Origin: a virus
Length of the DNA: 64,000 bases
Direction: 5' to 3' (one strand)
IMG/VR virus record: IMGVR_UViG_3300025121_000886
Location: 1 to 64,000 of that record
Below, one piece after another: positions 17,349 to 27,493 of this stretch. Both the position numbers and the translations under genes were made by a program. Every line of letters starts with the position of its first letter. Within the stretch, counting starts at the first letter, position 1. The notes beneath the pieces are model-generated. The model had not been told where the DNA came from, did not search any database, and was given only the letters and a program-made list of their open reading frames with translations.

Positions 17349-20300
17349 ATGCCTGGTCCAAATATACCTCCAAATATACCACCTGATAATACGCCACCTG
17401 CTTCGAATACAGCCTCTATTTTGGAGTCATTACGTCAAAAAAAGGCATTAGATGACACCAAAAAAGCTAAAAGGGATTTAGATATAGCTAGATCTAAACT
17501 AGAACGTGCAAAAGTTTCAAAAAATGAAATTTCTAAAAAGTCTGGTTTGGGTAAAACATCTACAGTTGACTTAGCTAATATATCTAAGGCAAATACAGCG
17601 GTGGTAGAGGCTGCCCGAAATGTAGATATTTTAACCAAGGCTTTTGAGGGTTATAGGAAAACATTAGGTACCGTTGTTAAAGATACGGGTGGTTTAGGTT
17701 TTGATAAAACATCACAAGACATAAAACTTTTTAATATGTCTTTGGAAAAAACACAAAAGAAATTATCTTTAACCAGGTCAGCGATTGATCTATACTCCAA
17801 AGCAGATAAAGCTACTGGAAGTACGGGCTTTGGTGGTTGGGGTGGTATAGTTACAGATGCTGCTGATCAAGCTGTAGAATCAGTAAAAAGGGCTGGATCT
17901 GAAACCGCTGCTTCTGCTGGAAAAACTTATTCACAAATAGCTCGACGGAGAAAGACTTATTTTTTAGAAAGTTTTGTATATGGATCAGCTCTTACAAATT
18001 CTGTTAAAGCTACAACAGAAGCTATGGGAGATCAAAAATCAGTAACAGAATCTATGGTAGATAGTTTAAATGTGTTTGGCACAAAATTATCTAATTTGGT
18101 TACTGGTCAACATGCTGTAGCTGATACATCAGGATCTATAGCAGATGGTTTGACAGGTATTGGAGAAACAGCTGCTACAACAACAGTAAAATTAGCTTTA
18201 TTGAAACCTAAATTTTATGGTACTGTCCAGATGATGAAGGCTGGTGGTATGGCCATAAAAGAAATATTCAAGAAAACAAAAGAATTAATACCAACCTTGA
18301 CCGCAGCGGGGTTGGCATTAAAGGCCGTTTCTGATATTTCTGAATCAGGTGAATCTGCCTTAAAGAATTTTTATCGAGCTGGTGTAGAACCAGCTCCAAA
18401 GATGGCCAAAACTTTAGGTGAATTGTCCAAGCGTATGGGGACAAACATAAAGTTGAATGAGTTAGCAGCAAGGGCGGCAGTCGATTTAGGTATGGAATAT
18501 GATCAGGTCAGAGAATATGCTCAAAAGTTACAATATGAACTAAATAATACAGATCCAGCTTTGTCTTCAGCAGAAGCTATGGCTAAATTGACCAAACAGA
18601 CAATATTAGCAGCGAGAGCCCTGGAGATGGATGCTGGAGAAGCTATTCAGTTTGTGACAACCAGGACAAACAAATTTGGTGAGTCTTCTGAAGAAGCTGT
18701 GGGTCAACTGAAGGGGATAGTTGATCAGATAAGAAAGACAAATGATTCTGCATTAAAAGCCGGTTTTACTCGTGGTGATCTTTTTCCTGAAGATTTGAGT
18801 AAGCTTATAATTCAAGCTTCTAACGAGACTGGTGCTTATGGTCAAAATCTTGAATTATTGACTCATATATCCACAAAAACTTTTCAGACTGCTAAAAAAG
18901 CTGGAATGACCTATAATGAATCTGTAGAAGGTACTCAAGCAGTTATGAAAGCTTTGACGAGTACTGAAAATGAATTCTTGCGACAGGATGTTGGAACAAA
19001 GTTATATAAGAAGCTTATAGCAGGAGGAGATGCTTATATAGAGCAATTAGGTGATATAGCCCCAGAACAGAAAAAGAGATTAAGAGAAATAGTTGAAGAT
19101 GTTAAAAATGGAAAATCTGCTACCTATGATGTTCAACAATCTATTTATAGCTATCTTTCACAAACTACAGAGGGTGTAAAATTACAATTAGCAGATATGC
19201 AGAAGTTCGGTGATTCAGGCATCGGTGGAAAGATGCTGGAAAATTTATATGGTGTTTCTGCCTCGGGTTCTAAAACATTACAAATGATGTCTCGCGGTGG
19301 TATGTTAAAAGGTCTTATCTCAGATTTTGAGTCTTTACGTGGTAAAAACAAAGGGATGTTAAGTGAGACAGAGGCTCAGATGATGAGATGGCCTAAAACG
19401 TGGGCTGGAACATTTGCGGGCTATCTAAGTTCTATGGGTATGGATTTAGAAAAAGGACTTGTTGGGAGTCCTATTATGCAATATTTACAGAGGGGTGAAG
19501 AAATAACAAACAACATTAAAGAAAGTATAATAGGAACTTTTAAAAATCCAGCTATTACAGCTACAATTGGTCTTTTGATGGCAGCCGGAACTGTTCTAGC
19601 CCCATTATTAGCCGGTAAGTTGGTGAAGAGTGTTACAGGTGTAGATATCACGGGTCATATAAAGAAAGGTGTTGTGGGTGGTTTTGAGAAGTCTAAAGAA
19701 ATATATAGTAAGGTTAAGAATGAAGGTCTGAAAAAGACTTTATCTGATGGTGTCCAATGGGCAGGTAAAAAAAACAGAGAAGTCTATGGTAAATTAGCAA
19801 AGACTGGTCCTTTTAAAGCTATTATTGGTGTTGGTAATACTGTAGGAGATGCTATATCAAGTGCAATGAGAACCGCCGGTTCTTTTGTTGCTAAACAATT
19901 TTATAATGCTATCCATGGTAAAGGTATCACCGGAGCTAGAGAAAAATTAGGGAAGTTTGGAGAAAAGGCTAAGAATGTTGGAAAACAGGGTGTGGAAAAA
20001 GTAAGAAGTGGTCTTGGTCTATCAGAAAGAGGAAAATATGATAAAGGCGGTAGACGTGCTACACCTGAAGAAAGGGAAATGTTAAGAAGGACGGGTCTTC
20101 CCGGTTTTAATCATCCAGGTTTATCAGGTGAAGACATTTCTGGACGAGGGGGTAGGAATTCTTCGAGAAGGAGTAGCCTGAGTAATCTTGCAGATAAATC
20201 AAAAAAATTTGGTAGAAGGGGTTTGGATTCAGTTAATAAGTTTGGGAGAGGGGCTGAAGGGTTTGGTAAGAGAGGTCTTGGTGCTGTGGGTAAATTCGGT

Positions 20301-22988
20301 AAGGGATTAGGTGGCTTGGCATCTTCTGGGTTAAGCGCAGCGGTATTGGGTGGTAGTATGTTACTCGGTGGTGGATTGGATATGGGTGAGATGGAAAATA
20401 TAAATCCTGTTGATGAAATTATTGGGGGATTGCAGGGAGGTGAGGGGGACGCTAAAGAGCATGAAAAGGCGGAGAAAAAAGAAGAGGCTAAAAAACGAAG
20501 GGTAGAAAAAAAGGAAGCATTAAAAGCCAGCTTATCTAGAGGGAAAGAATCGGTAAAAGGGTCATTAAAAGGTGCTTCTGAGGAGTTGAAGAGAATATCT
20601 GGGAGAGGTGCTGATCTTGTTTTAGGTGGGAGAGTAAATGTTGATGAAATGGTAGATTCACCTAGAAAACAGAGGATAATCGAGTTAAGACAGAAACAAG
20701 AAGAAAAGAAGGCATTAAAAGAAGCTCAATTGGTCGCTGATCGAGAAAAAAAACAAGCAGAGGCCGTAAAGAAAAAAGAAGCTAATATAGAGGCAAAAAA
20801 AGCCAGGGAAGTAAAAAAAGCCGAGAGAAAGGCAGCATTACAAAGATATAAGCAAAAATTATTACCAGACGGTGGTATTAAACCTAGCAAATTAGGTTTT
20901 ATGGGGAAAATATTTGGTGGTAAAAAGAGTGCTATACCATCAAAGGGGTTATCTTCTATAGCCATGAAAGGTTTGAAGTTTGGAGCAAAAGGTTTAGGTA
21001 CTGCCGCGATGATGATACCTCTTGCTTCTTTATCTTCAACGGCTGAAGCCATACAAACTGGTGAAAAAGACAAATTAATAAAATCCCTGGGAGGTATGGC
21101 TGGGGGTATTGCTATGGGGGCAGCTATAGGGTCTGTTGTCCCTGTGGTAGGAACAATGATAGGTGGGACAATAGGTGCTTTTGCTGGAGAGGCTTTAACT
21201 GAAAAAATAATGGAGTTCGCTAAAGAGGGTTCTAAAACCCCAGATGAGAAGTTAGTTGCTTCAATAAGACAAAAGGTCAAAGAAGCTATCGCCAGTGAAA
21301 ATATTGATCTTGGAAAATCAATAACAGAAACCATATCAAAAAATGTAAATCTTGAAAAAGATAAAAAATGGTATACTAAATTTATGGAGGTCATTGTAGC
21401 CACAGCTGGTGCATCCGCAGATGATTTTTCTTCTATAGGAAAAGGTTCTATAGAAGATATGAAAAATGAAAAAAAGTTAAAAGAACAGATGGGTGAATCT
21501 GTAGATATCGGTAAAAACATCATAGAAGAGGTTAAATTAAGAGTATCTGAGAAAGAATCTGAGATAGAAAAGGGGAGTGCTAAAGTTATTGAGTTAAAGA
21601 AAAAGATATCTGAAGAAAAATATGGTTTTATGAAAGATGAGTATGAAAAGCAATTAGCTTCTGAGGAAGTTACTCTAAAAAATAATCAGGAATCTTTAAA
21701 AGGCTTAAAAGTAAAGTCAGCTGATTATGCCAAAACTTTTGGGAATAAAGAGTATGAGAAAGCACAGGCAGATTATATAAATGCTACGACTATTATAAGA
21801 GATATAGAAGAGAAGGCATTAGAGAAGAAAAACATAGCAGAGACGAAAAAAAAAGAATTTTTAGATAAGATGGCGGAGGCTCAAAAGATAGAAGATGAGC
21901 GTCAACGTAAATTAGCTGTTGATAAATTAATGATAGAGGATGCTCGATATGTAGAACAGGCAGATTTGGAGTCACGGGAGATAAATGGAATATATGAAAC
22001 TGCTAAAAAAACAAAAGAAGAATCAGAGCTTATTTTACAAGCACAGGTTGGTCGGGATGCTGTTAATAGATTGAATGCACAATATATGGAGACAAAAGAT
22101 AAAGCAGTTAAAGCACGAGAAGCATACAACAAAAAATGGAATGCTTCTGTAAATATAGAAAATGAAGTTGAAAAAGAAGCTGTACAAGCTAAGCTTAAAG
22201 AAGAAGAGGCCGAAATTATCCGATTAGAAGATACTGCTAAGGGGTTCAAGGATGCTGCTGTAGCAAAGACAAAGGAGCAGAATACAACTTTAGCTAAACT
22301 TCAATATAAAGGTGCTGATGCTGAGACTTTAAAGAAGTTGGGTGTGACCCCAGAGAAGAAAAAAGGTGGGGGAAAGAAGGTAAAAACTCAAGGTTATTTG
22401 AGTATGAAAGATATCATAGCAGGTAGAACACCTGAAGAAGTTATAGCAGGTGCTAAAAAACAACCCCCTGTAGGTACAGTTGGTGTCTCTGGCTTAGAAA
22501 ATAAGCCAGTTGCAAAGACGGATACTTCTCTATTACAAGAGACAAAAGACAGAACTTTTCAGAGTTTGCCCGATGATCTGAAAAGAGATGAGAGGTTTTT
22601 AGCCACTTTAACAGCTAATACAAATGCTCTGATAGCCAATAAAGAAGATATCTTACCCACTTTAGAAGATAAAGATAAAGCCGATTCTAAAAAAATTGCT
22701 ACTGAGTGGGCTAAAAATGCAGCTACCTCCACATTAATGAGTAAAGAAGATCAAGATGCTGCTAAAGATGTTATATTAAGAAAAGAGAGAGAAGAAAGGC
22801 CGGGGTCTCTCATTGCTAAGAGAGAAGAGGCTAAAGAAAAAAATAACATTTTGAAAGAGATTGGGGCAGATGTTAAGAATGTTAATACAGCTGATGATTC
22901 GGCTATGATAAAATTTACAAATGTATCTCTAATGCTGGCCGCTTTCGGTAAAAAGACTGCTGAAATAGCACCAAGTCTCACAGCATAA
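17349..22988 (+). CDS. Tape measure protein
   Basis: 1879 aa, Ala/Gly/Lys-rich and helical, hydrophobic Gly-zipper segments (GGMAGGIAMGAAIGSVVPVVGTMIGG), downstream of the chaperones. Confidence 0.85.
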   Translation: MPGPNIPPNIPPDNTPPASNTASILESLRQKKALDDTKKAKRDLDIARSKLERAKVSKNEISKKSGLGKTSTVDLANISKANTAVVEAARNVDILTKAFEGYRKTLGTVVKDTGGLGFDKTSQDIKLFNMSLEKTQKKLSLTRSAIDLYSKADKATGSTGFGGWGGIVTDAADQAVESVKRAGSETAASAGKTYSQIARRRKTYFLESFVYGSALTNSVKATTEAMGDQKSVTESMVDSLNVFGTKLSNLVTGQHAVADTSGSIADGLTGIGETAATTTVKLALLKPKFYGTVQMMKAGGMAIKEIFKKTKELIPTLTAAGLALKAVSDISESGESALKNFYRAGVEPAPKMAKTLGELSKRMGTNIKLNELAARAAVDLGMEYDQVREYAQKLQYELNNTDPALSSAEAMAKLTKQTILAARALEMDAGEAIQFVTTRTNKFGESSEEAVGQLKGIVDQIRKTNDSALKAGFTRGDLFPEDLSKLIIQASNETGAYGQNLELLTHISTKTFQTAKKAGMTYNESVEGTQAVMKALTSTENEFLRQDVGTKLYKKLIAGGDAYIEQLGDIAPEQKKRLREIVEDVKNGKSATYDVQQSIYSYLSQTTEGVKLQLADMQKFGDSGIGGKMLENLYGVSASGSKTLQMMSRGGMLKGLISDFESLRGKNKGMLSETEAQMMRWPKTWAGTFAGYLSSMGMDLEKGLVGSPIMQYLQRGEEITNNIKESIIGTFKNPAITATIGLLMAAGTVLAPLLAGKLVKSVTGVDITGHIKKGVVGGFEKSKEIYSKVKNEGLKKTLSDGVQWAGKKNREVYGKLAKTGPFKAIIGVGNTVGDAISSAMRTAGSFVAKQFYNAIHGKGITGAREKLGKFGEKAKNVGKQGVEKVRSGLGLSERGKYDKGGRRATPEEREMLRRTGLPGFNHPGLSGEDISGRGGRNSSRRSSLSNLADKSKKFGRRGLDSVNKFGRGAEGFGKRGLGAVGKFGKGLGGLASSGLSAAVLGGSMLLGGGLDMGEMENINPVDEIIGGLQGGEGDAKEHEKAEKKEEAKKRRVEKKEALKASLSRGKESVKGSLKGASEELKRISGRGADLVLGGRVNVDEMVDSPRKQRIIELRQKQEEKKALKEAQLVADREKKQAEAVKKKEANIEAKKAREVKKAERKAALQRYKQKLLPDGGIKPSKLGFMGKIFGGKKSAIPSKGLSSIAMKGLKFGAKGLGTAAMMIPLASLSSTAEAIQTGEKDKLIKSLGGMAGGIAMGAAIGSVVPVVGTMIGGTIGAFAGEALTEKIMEFAKEGSKTPDEKLVASIRQKVKEAIASENIDLGKSITETISKNVNLEKDKKWYTKFMEVIVATAGASADDFSSIGKGSIEDMKNEKKLKEQMGESVDIGKNIIEEVKLRVSEKESEIEKGSAKVIELKKKISEEKYGFMKDEYEKQLASEEVTLKNNQESLKGLKVKSADYAKTFGNKEYEKAQADYINATTIIRDIEEKALEKKNIAETKKKEFLDKMAEAQKIEDERQRKLAVDKLMIEDARYVEQADLESREINGIYETAKKTKEESELILQAQVGRDAVNRLNAQYMETKDKAVKAREAYNKKWNASVNIENEVEKEAVQAKLKEEEAEIIRLEDTAKGFKDAAVAKTKEQNTTLAKLQYKGADAETLKKLGVTPEKKKGGGKKVKTQGYLSMKDIIAGRTPEEVIAGAKKQPPVGTVGVSGLENKPVAKTDTSLLQETKDRTFQSLPDDLKRDERFLATLTANTNALIANKEDILPTLEDKDKADSKKIATEWAKNAATSTLMSKEDQDAAKDVILRKEREERPGSLIAKREEAKEKNNILKEIGADVKNVNTADDSAMIKFTNVSLMLAAFGKKTAEIAPSLTA

Positions 22989-23012
22989 TTGAGATATAAT
23001 AACAATTAATAA

Positions 23013-23249
23013 ATGAGGTATACGATGTCACAAGTATTAGATACAGCTCTTAAAAACGGCGTATGTAAAGTTAAATTAAGTGCAACAGGAGAGGTTAGAA
23101 TTAATGTTCATGGTGGTAATCCTCCATCTCTTGTTATTGAACATGGAAAAGTCTATAATCTTTTAGAATATTATACTGTTTCTCAGATAAAAAAATCTAA
23201 TTTAGGTTCTTTTGTTATGTCTAAAAGGGTTTCTATTTTACCGTCATGA
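23013..23249 (+). CDS. Small hypothetical (possibly virion) protein
   Basis: 78 aa, ATGA-coupled to the next gene. Confidence 0.55.
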   Translation: MRYTMSQVLDTALKNGVCKVKLSATGEVRINVHGGNPPSLVIEHGKVYNLLEYYTVSQIKKSNLGSFVMSKRVSILPS

Positions 23250-23746
23250 GCACTTCTCTATCAGGTGTGATAAAGTGTTATGTATGTTTATCTCAGATGA
23301 GAGTTGAGTTAGCCCATGAACATCATATAATACCAAGGGCATCATCAGCAGTTGATTCGGTTTCTTTTAATAGTACCGAAAATACCGTATGGTTATGCCC
23401 TAATTGTCACGGCAACCTTCATCGAATAGCAGATAAGCTGTTACATAAGAAGAGTTCTGAGGCGGTTGATTTGGCTACATCTGCCTATCCAGAAGTTAAT
23501 AAAAGAGGTAAGATCATAGCTTTGGCTAAAAATGTGGTTGAATACACCATAATGCGCGGGAATTTACCTTCTGAAGAATTTGATGAGTTAGATCACCATA
23601 TCGATATAACACTCCCAAATAAAGTTTATACAGTCTATAAAGATTTAGCGTCCGAGCATAAACATAATGGGAGAAAGGTCGGGGTGGCTAGATTGATAAG
23701 AGCATTATTAATACAATATGCTAGAAAGTATAGGAGTGATCTATGA
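23246..23746 (+). CDS. HNH-type domain protein with putative C-terminal ribbon-helix-helix
   Basis: CYVC...HEHHIIPR...NTVWLCPNCHGNLH; C-terminal IDITLPNKVY...VARLIRALL. Confidence 0.7.
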   Translation: MSTSLSGVIKCYVCLSQMRVELAHEHHIIPRASSAVDSVSFNSTENTVWLCPNCHGNLHRIADKLLHKKSSEAVDLATSAYPEVNKRGKIIALAKNVVEYTIMRGNLPSEEFDELDHHIDITLPNKVYTVYKDLASEHKHNGRKVGVARLIRALLIQYARKYRSDL

Positions 23747-25914
23747 GTATTAATGAGCAAAATAAACAACTTCCAGGTGTAAATTATAATGCATCTCTGG
23801 GCCCTGATGATCTAACTTACGCCCAAGGTTGTTTACAGGAGGAAATTACAGAAAGGGAGAAATTATCTATTGGGGATTTTGGTTCAGATCCTAATTATGG
23901 TATCGTCTATTCTCAAGATCCTTCTGTGAGTATTATCGGGTCATTTCCATTCTATGTCTCTCAAAATGAAGATAATGCTTTTAGATTGGATATTACTCCA
24001 GGGACAGCAGTTACTCCATCAGGTATGAGAATTGTTTTAGATGAAATTTATAGAGGTCTATATCTTGTTACCACAGTTCATGGGAGTGTAAATGTTGTTT
24101 ATATAGAGTATGATACAGAGGGAGTCGGGTCTATTCAAAATAGGTTTAATGTTAGGGAAGATATTAGGAGAATTATTGCTACTGGTGTTTTTTTATTGAA
24201 GATAGTAACAATCTCAGATTGGGAGTCGTGGAGTGCTGATGAGAAAAAGCATCTTATTCCCCTGGCGGTTATAACAATTACACGGGTTTCAGGTGTGTTA
24301 ACCCCTAATATAGATATGTCTCGTACTAATTATACCTGGAATAGGCCGTGGTTTTCCGTGGTTGATTATAGACATAGATTACAAGTAGGAACGGGATCTA
24401 TAAGTACCCCACATAGAATTTCATTAAATGATCTATCTGCCGGTGATTTCACAATTTGGCAGTTACTATTTTCTAAAGGTGTTTTGATAGCAAAAGATAG
24501 GGATATGCCCAATGTTATAGGCAGAATTTCAACTGTAGAGATAACAACTACTATGGGAAAATATGACTCTGATGGGTCTGTAACGGGACGACCGGGTTGG
24601 AAATATCTAGAAGTGGGAGCTTACCCCATACATTTGGGGATTGCTAAGGATACAGAGAGTGCAGATGCACCTATATTGATTGACCAAGTCCCTCGTAGGA
24701 ATATTATAATGTGGCCAAGCGATTATACTTATCCAAATACCTTTGTTTTATATTATAGCATGGTATGTGGGGGTGAGCCGCCATTAACTCCTTTATCTAA
24801 TCAAGTAGAACTTGAATTCAGACAATTAATCACAACAGATGAGATTGCTATAACAACAGGGAAGGCAATATCATCTTTTTTAGGTAGGACTGTAAATTTA
24901 GATCGATATATGCCCATACCGTTAAGATTAAAGGTTTTGGCGACAGAAACAGAGTTGATTGCTAATCCACAGGTGATATTGTGTTATACAAGATTAGAGG
25001 ATTCTGGTGCATCAATAAATGTTTCTATTACACAGATAACATATGCAAAGATAAAAATTGGGTTAACCGGGGCGGTTAAAGGTTCTGAGAATTTCAAGAT
25101 AAATTTTACGTTGACGGGTTTAGATGTTAATGGAGACAGTCAACAAGAAACTTTAGAATTTGGACCTTCGTGGGAAGATCATTCTTCTGTAGCGACAGAT
25201 ATGAAAGCATTACAGTTCTTGATATCGAGTAACATTTATTCTCAATTATTATCGGTGACGATAAACAGTCGTGTTGATGATGGGAGTAATTCAGCATTTA
25301 TCATCTATGCTTGTCTGTTAACAAATACAACGATAGAAAAACAAGATTATTTAGCCCTGGCCGATATAATCTGGGATGGAACGAGAGCTTTAAAAGTTTA
25401 TGATATTAGAAATATCAAAAAGGGTGTAGATAAAAATATGATTGAGGGGGTAGAAGTTGGTTTAGCAGCATTGGCCATGTCTCCTTCAGTTTCTATACCA
25501 TCAGGGTCTGTTTTTGATTATTGTCTTGTGGAAGATTGTTCTAATTATAGTTATATTGATCTATGTCAATCTACCCCACAGCATCCTGATGAGGGAATGA
25601 CCTCTTTTTCTGTAGACAGTTCTGATCTTAATTGTGTTTATTACTCTCGGGTATTTGGGCCAAAAAACACTGTTAAATTAGCAGCTTCTGAAATTATACC
25701 TTATGGGTTGGAAGGATCGTCTTTTTCTGTTCAAGTTAGATATAGAAGAATAGATACTTCTATGTGGGCAAGTTGGAGGTCAATGTCTGAATCATTGGGG
25801 AGTTTTGGGAGAGTAGGCTATGTGTTTCCAGCACCCTATCCTGTATTTGTTCAATTTAAGATAGTAGGTACAATAAAAGGTTTTGGAATGATATTTTATG
25901 GAAGTTTGACTTGA
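23743..25914 (+). CDS. Probable baseplate/fibre-attachment structural protein
   Basis: 723 aa, beta-rich; LDITPGTAVTPSGMRIVL and IPLAVI motifs typical of baseplate/fibre N-termini. Confidence 0.5.
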   Translation: MSINEQNKQLPGVNYNASLGPDDLTYAQGCLQEEITEREKLSIGDFGSDPNYGIVYSQDPSVSIIGSFPFYVSQNEDNAFRLDITPGTAVTPSGMRIVLDEIYRGLYLVTTVHGSVNVVYIEYDTEGVGSIQNRFNVREDIRRIIATGVFLLKIVTISDWESWSADEKKHLIPLAVITITRVSGVLTPNIDMSRTNYTWNRPWFSVVDYRHRLQVGTGSISTPHRISLNDLSAGDFTIWQLLFSKGVLIAKDRDMPNVIGRISTVEITTTMGKYDSDGSVTGRPGWKYLEVGAYPIHLGIAKDTESADAPILIDQVPRRNIIMWPSDYTYPNTFVLYYSMVCGGEPPLTPLSNQVELEFRQLITTDEIAITTGKAISSFLGRTVNLDRYMPIPLRLKVLATETELIANPQVILCYTRLEDSGASINVSITQITYAKIKIGLTGAVKGSENFKINFTLTGLDVNGDSQQETLEFGPSWEDHSSVATDMKALQFLISSNIYSQLLSVTINSRVDDGSNSAFIIYACLLTNTTIEKQDYLALADIIWDGTRALKVYDIRNIKKGVDKNMIEGVEVGLAALAMSPSVSIPSGSVFDYCLVEDCSNYSYIDLCQSTPQHPDEGMTSFSVDSSDLNCVYYSRVFGPKNTVKLAASEIIPYGLEGSSFSVQVRYRRIDTSMWASWRSMSESLGSFGRVGYVFPAPYPVFVQFKIVGTIKGFGMIFYGSLT

Positions 25915-26658
25915 TTAAAAACCGGAAGCATCTCTCATAACTGTAGATGTTACTTCTAATCCAGAAGTGAGATTTATAGCTAATAAATAACCTTTATCAA
26001 TCAGATCAGCTAAAACCATACGAACTGCCGCTTCTGAGCCATCATTTAAAGTAGCACTAGATATATATGTTCCTTCATGATTACCAATAACAGCCCTTCT
26101 AGGACCGGTTATTAAATCTCTTTCGGATGGATCAACATATAAATAAGGTGTTTTCGATAAAAATCTATCTCTTTCTAATACTCCAGAGGAAGCATGAAAA
26201 TAAAGATGGGTAAGAAATTTTTCTAAATTTGTTTCAGCTTGATAGACAGAGGCTAGGGGATAATAACTATAATATAGATCTAGGACATCTGTATCTCTAT
26301 CAAGATGAAAAACAAATTGATTGCTAGAGTTTACTTGAAAATTATATGCTGAATAAGCCATACTTTTTGTTAACCATTTAGAGATGGTGGTGTCATAAAC
26401 CCTAATACTTTTTTCTACACATACCTGGTTTGCAGCTTGAATAATTGGATATCCGGGGGGTGTTGTTAGAGTGGCTGTTGCACCAGATTCTGTAACACTT
26501 ACTGTAGAACTGGCTTCTCTTCTTCGAGCATTTCCTAAAGCGGTATTGCTCGCTGATGCACTTCCTGAATGACCATGATATTTTTGGACAGAGGGTATAA
26601 GATCAGCTATTGTATTAGCATGTTCTAGATAAAGCTTAAAATATATTATAAAAGACAT
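25915..26658 (-). CDS. Probable virion structural protein
   Basis: 247 aa, Ser/Thr-rich beta character; AAGGAG RBS. Confidence 0.55.
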   Translation of the reverse strand: MSFIIYFKLYLEHANTIADLIPSVQKYHGHSGSASASNTALGNARRREASSTVSVTESGATATLTTPPGYPIIQAANQVCVEKSIRVYDTTISKWLTKSMAYSAYNFQVNSSNQFVFHLDRDTDVLDLYYSYYPLASVYQAETNLEKFLTHLYFHASSGVLERDRFLSKTPYLYVDPSERDLITGPRRAVIGNHEGTYISSATLNDGSEAAVRMVLADLIDKGYLLAINLTSGLEVTSTVMRDASGF

Positions 26659-26675
26659 TTTTGTCTCCTTGAAAA

Positions 26676-27068
26676 CTACTTGTTATTTTGCAGAGAGTTT
26701 TTCTTCTGAACCAATTTTTTCTTTTTATTTCTGAGAACTTCCAACTTTTTTTCTTTTTCTTTTAGGGTTGTATTTAATGTATCAACTTTTTTTCTCAAAG
26801 GGGCAAGGGCTTGTTCACTTTTCCCCTTTTCTTTTAATATATTTATCTTTTTGTATATTTGTTTTTTATTTTTTCTAATATACATAATGTCTTTATAAAC
26901 ACTTTTTATAGCACCAATTATTGAAATAATTAATAGAGCGATTTTACCAATGGCCTTTAATGTGTCCACAACAGTAGCTTCTTTTTGTTGTAATCCTTCA
27001 AGAAAAGAGGCTTCTTTATGACGTTTTTGGTTAATTAACTCTTCTTTTAATATTTTTAGGTTTGGCAT
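26676..27068 (-). CDS. Tagged basic coiled-coil protein with a hydrophobic helix
   Basis: LKEELINQKRHKEASFLEGL tag, AIGKIALLIISIIGAI segment, Lys-rich tail. Confidence 0.6.
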   Translation of the reverse strand: MPNLKILKEELINQKRHKEASFLEGLQQKEATVVDTLKAIGKIALLIISIIGAIKSVYKDIMYIRKNKKQIYKKINILKEKGKSEQALAPLRKKVDTLNTTLKEKEKKLEVLRNKKKKLVQKKNSLQNNK

Positions 27069-27071
27069 AAC

Positions 27072-27100
27072 ATTATCCAGTAACAATCTTTAATTGTCAA
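27072..27100 (-). promoter_or_regulatory. Sigma70-like promoter TTGACA-N17-GATAAT
   Basis: Perfect -35 hexamer, 17-nt spacer, 5/6 -10 match; very close to ATG 27068. Confidence 0.4.
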
Positions 27101-27114
27101 TACAATACTTTTTC

Positions 27115-27480
27115 TTAAACATTCATATTATCAAGTTTGGCCTGGTCTAGACGGATTGAGTTATTTATGGCTTTTACAGTTGCTCTTAACCCCATTATTT
27201 TTACTTTATTTAATGCTCCACCCGCTTTTTCTAATTGTTCAATTTTAACAAATATCTTCTTTTTTTGTTCTCTCATTTTCTGGATATTTTTCTTAACAGC
27301 ATCTTTTTTCTTGTTTTTCCCCCCTAATCCTAGATAATCTTTTGTATGGATTAACTCTTTCTTTACCTTTTTGAGGTGCTTTTTAATGCCCGCTTGATGC
27401 AATAATTGTAAATAAGAAGCTTCTTTATAATTTCCATTTTTTTCGAGTTCAATCATTATTTTTTCGATTGTGTTAGACAT
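27115..27480 (-). CDS. Tagged basic coiled-coil protein
   Basis: IEKIMIELEKNGNYKEASYL tag; MREQKKKI shared with 60748..61191. Confidence 0.65.
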   Translation of the reverse strand: MSNTIEKIMIELEKNGNYKEASYLQLLHQAGIKKHLKKVKKELIHTKDYLGLGGKNKKKDAVKKNIQKMREQKKKIFVKIEQLEKAGGALNKVKIMGLRATVKAINNSIRLDQAKLDNMNV

Positions 27481-27493
27481 AAATATTTTCTCT

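Noticed and set aside
20726-21523. 265-aa antisense ORF in the tape measure gene, and the many other short opposite-strand ORFs
   Set aside because: These are shadow ORFs mirroring the codon bias of the real gene, with no RBS or recognisable motifs.
6709-25914. Bacterial contractile injection system, tailocin or integrated prophage
   Set aside because: A complete head and packaging module is present, and no host housekeeping genes, integrase or att site appear in the window.
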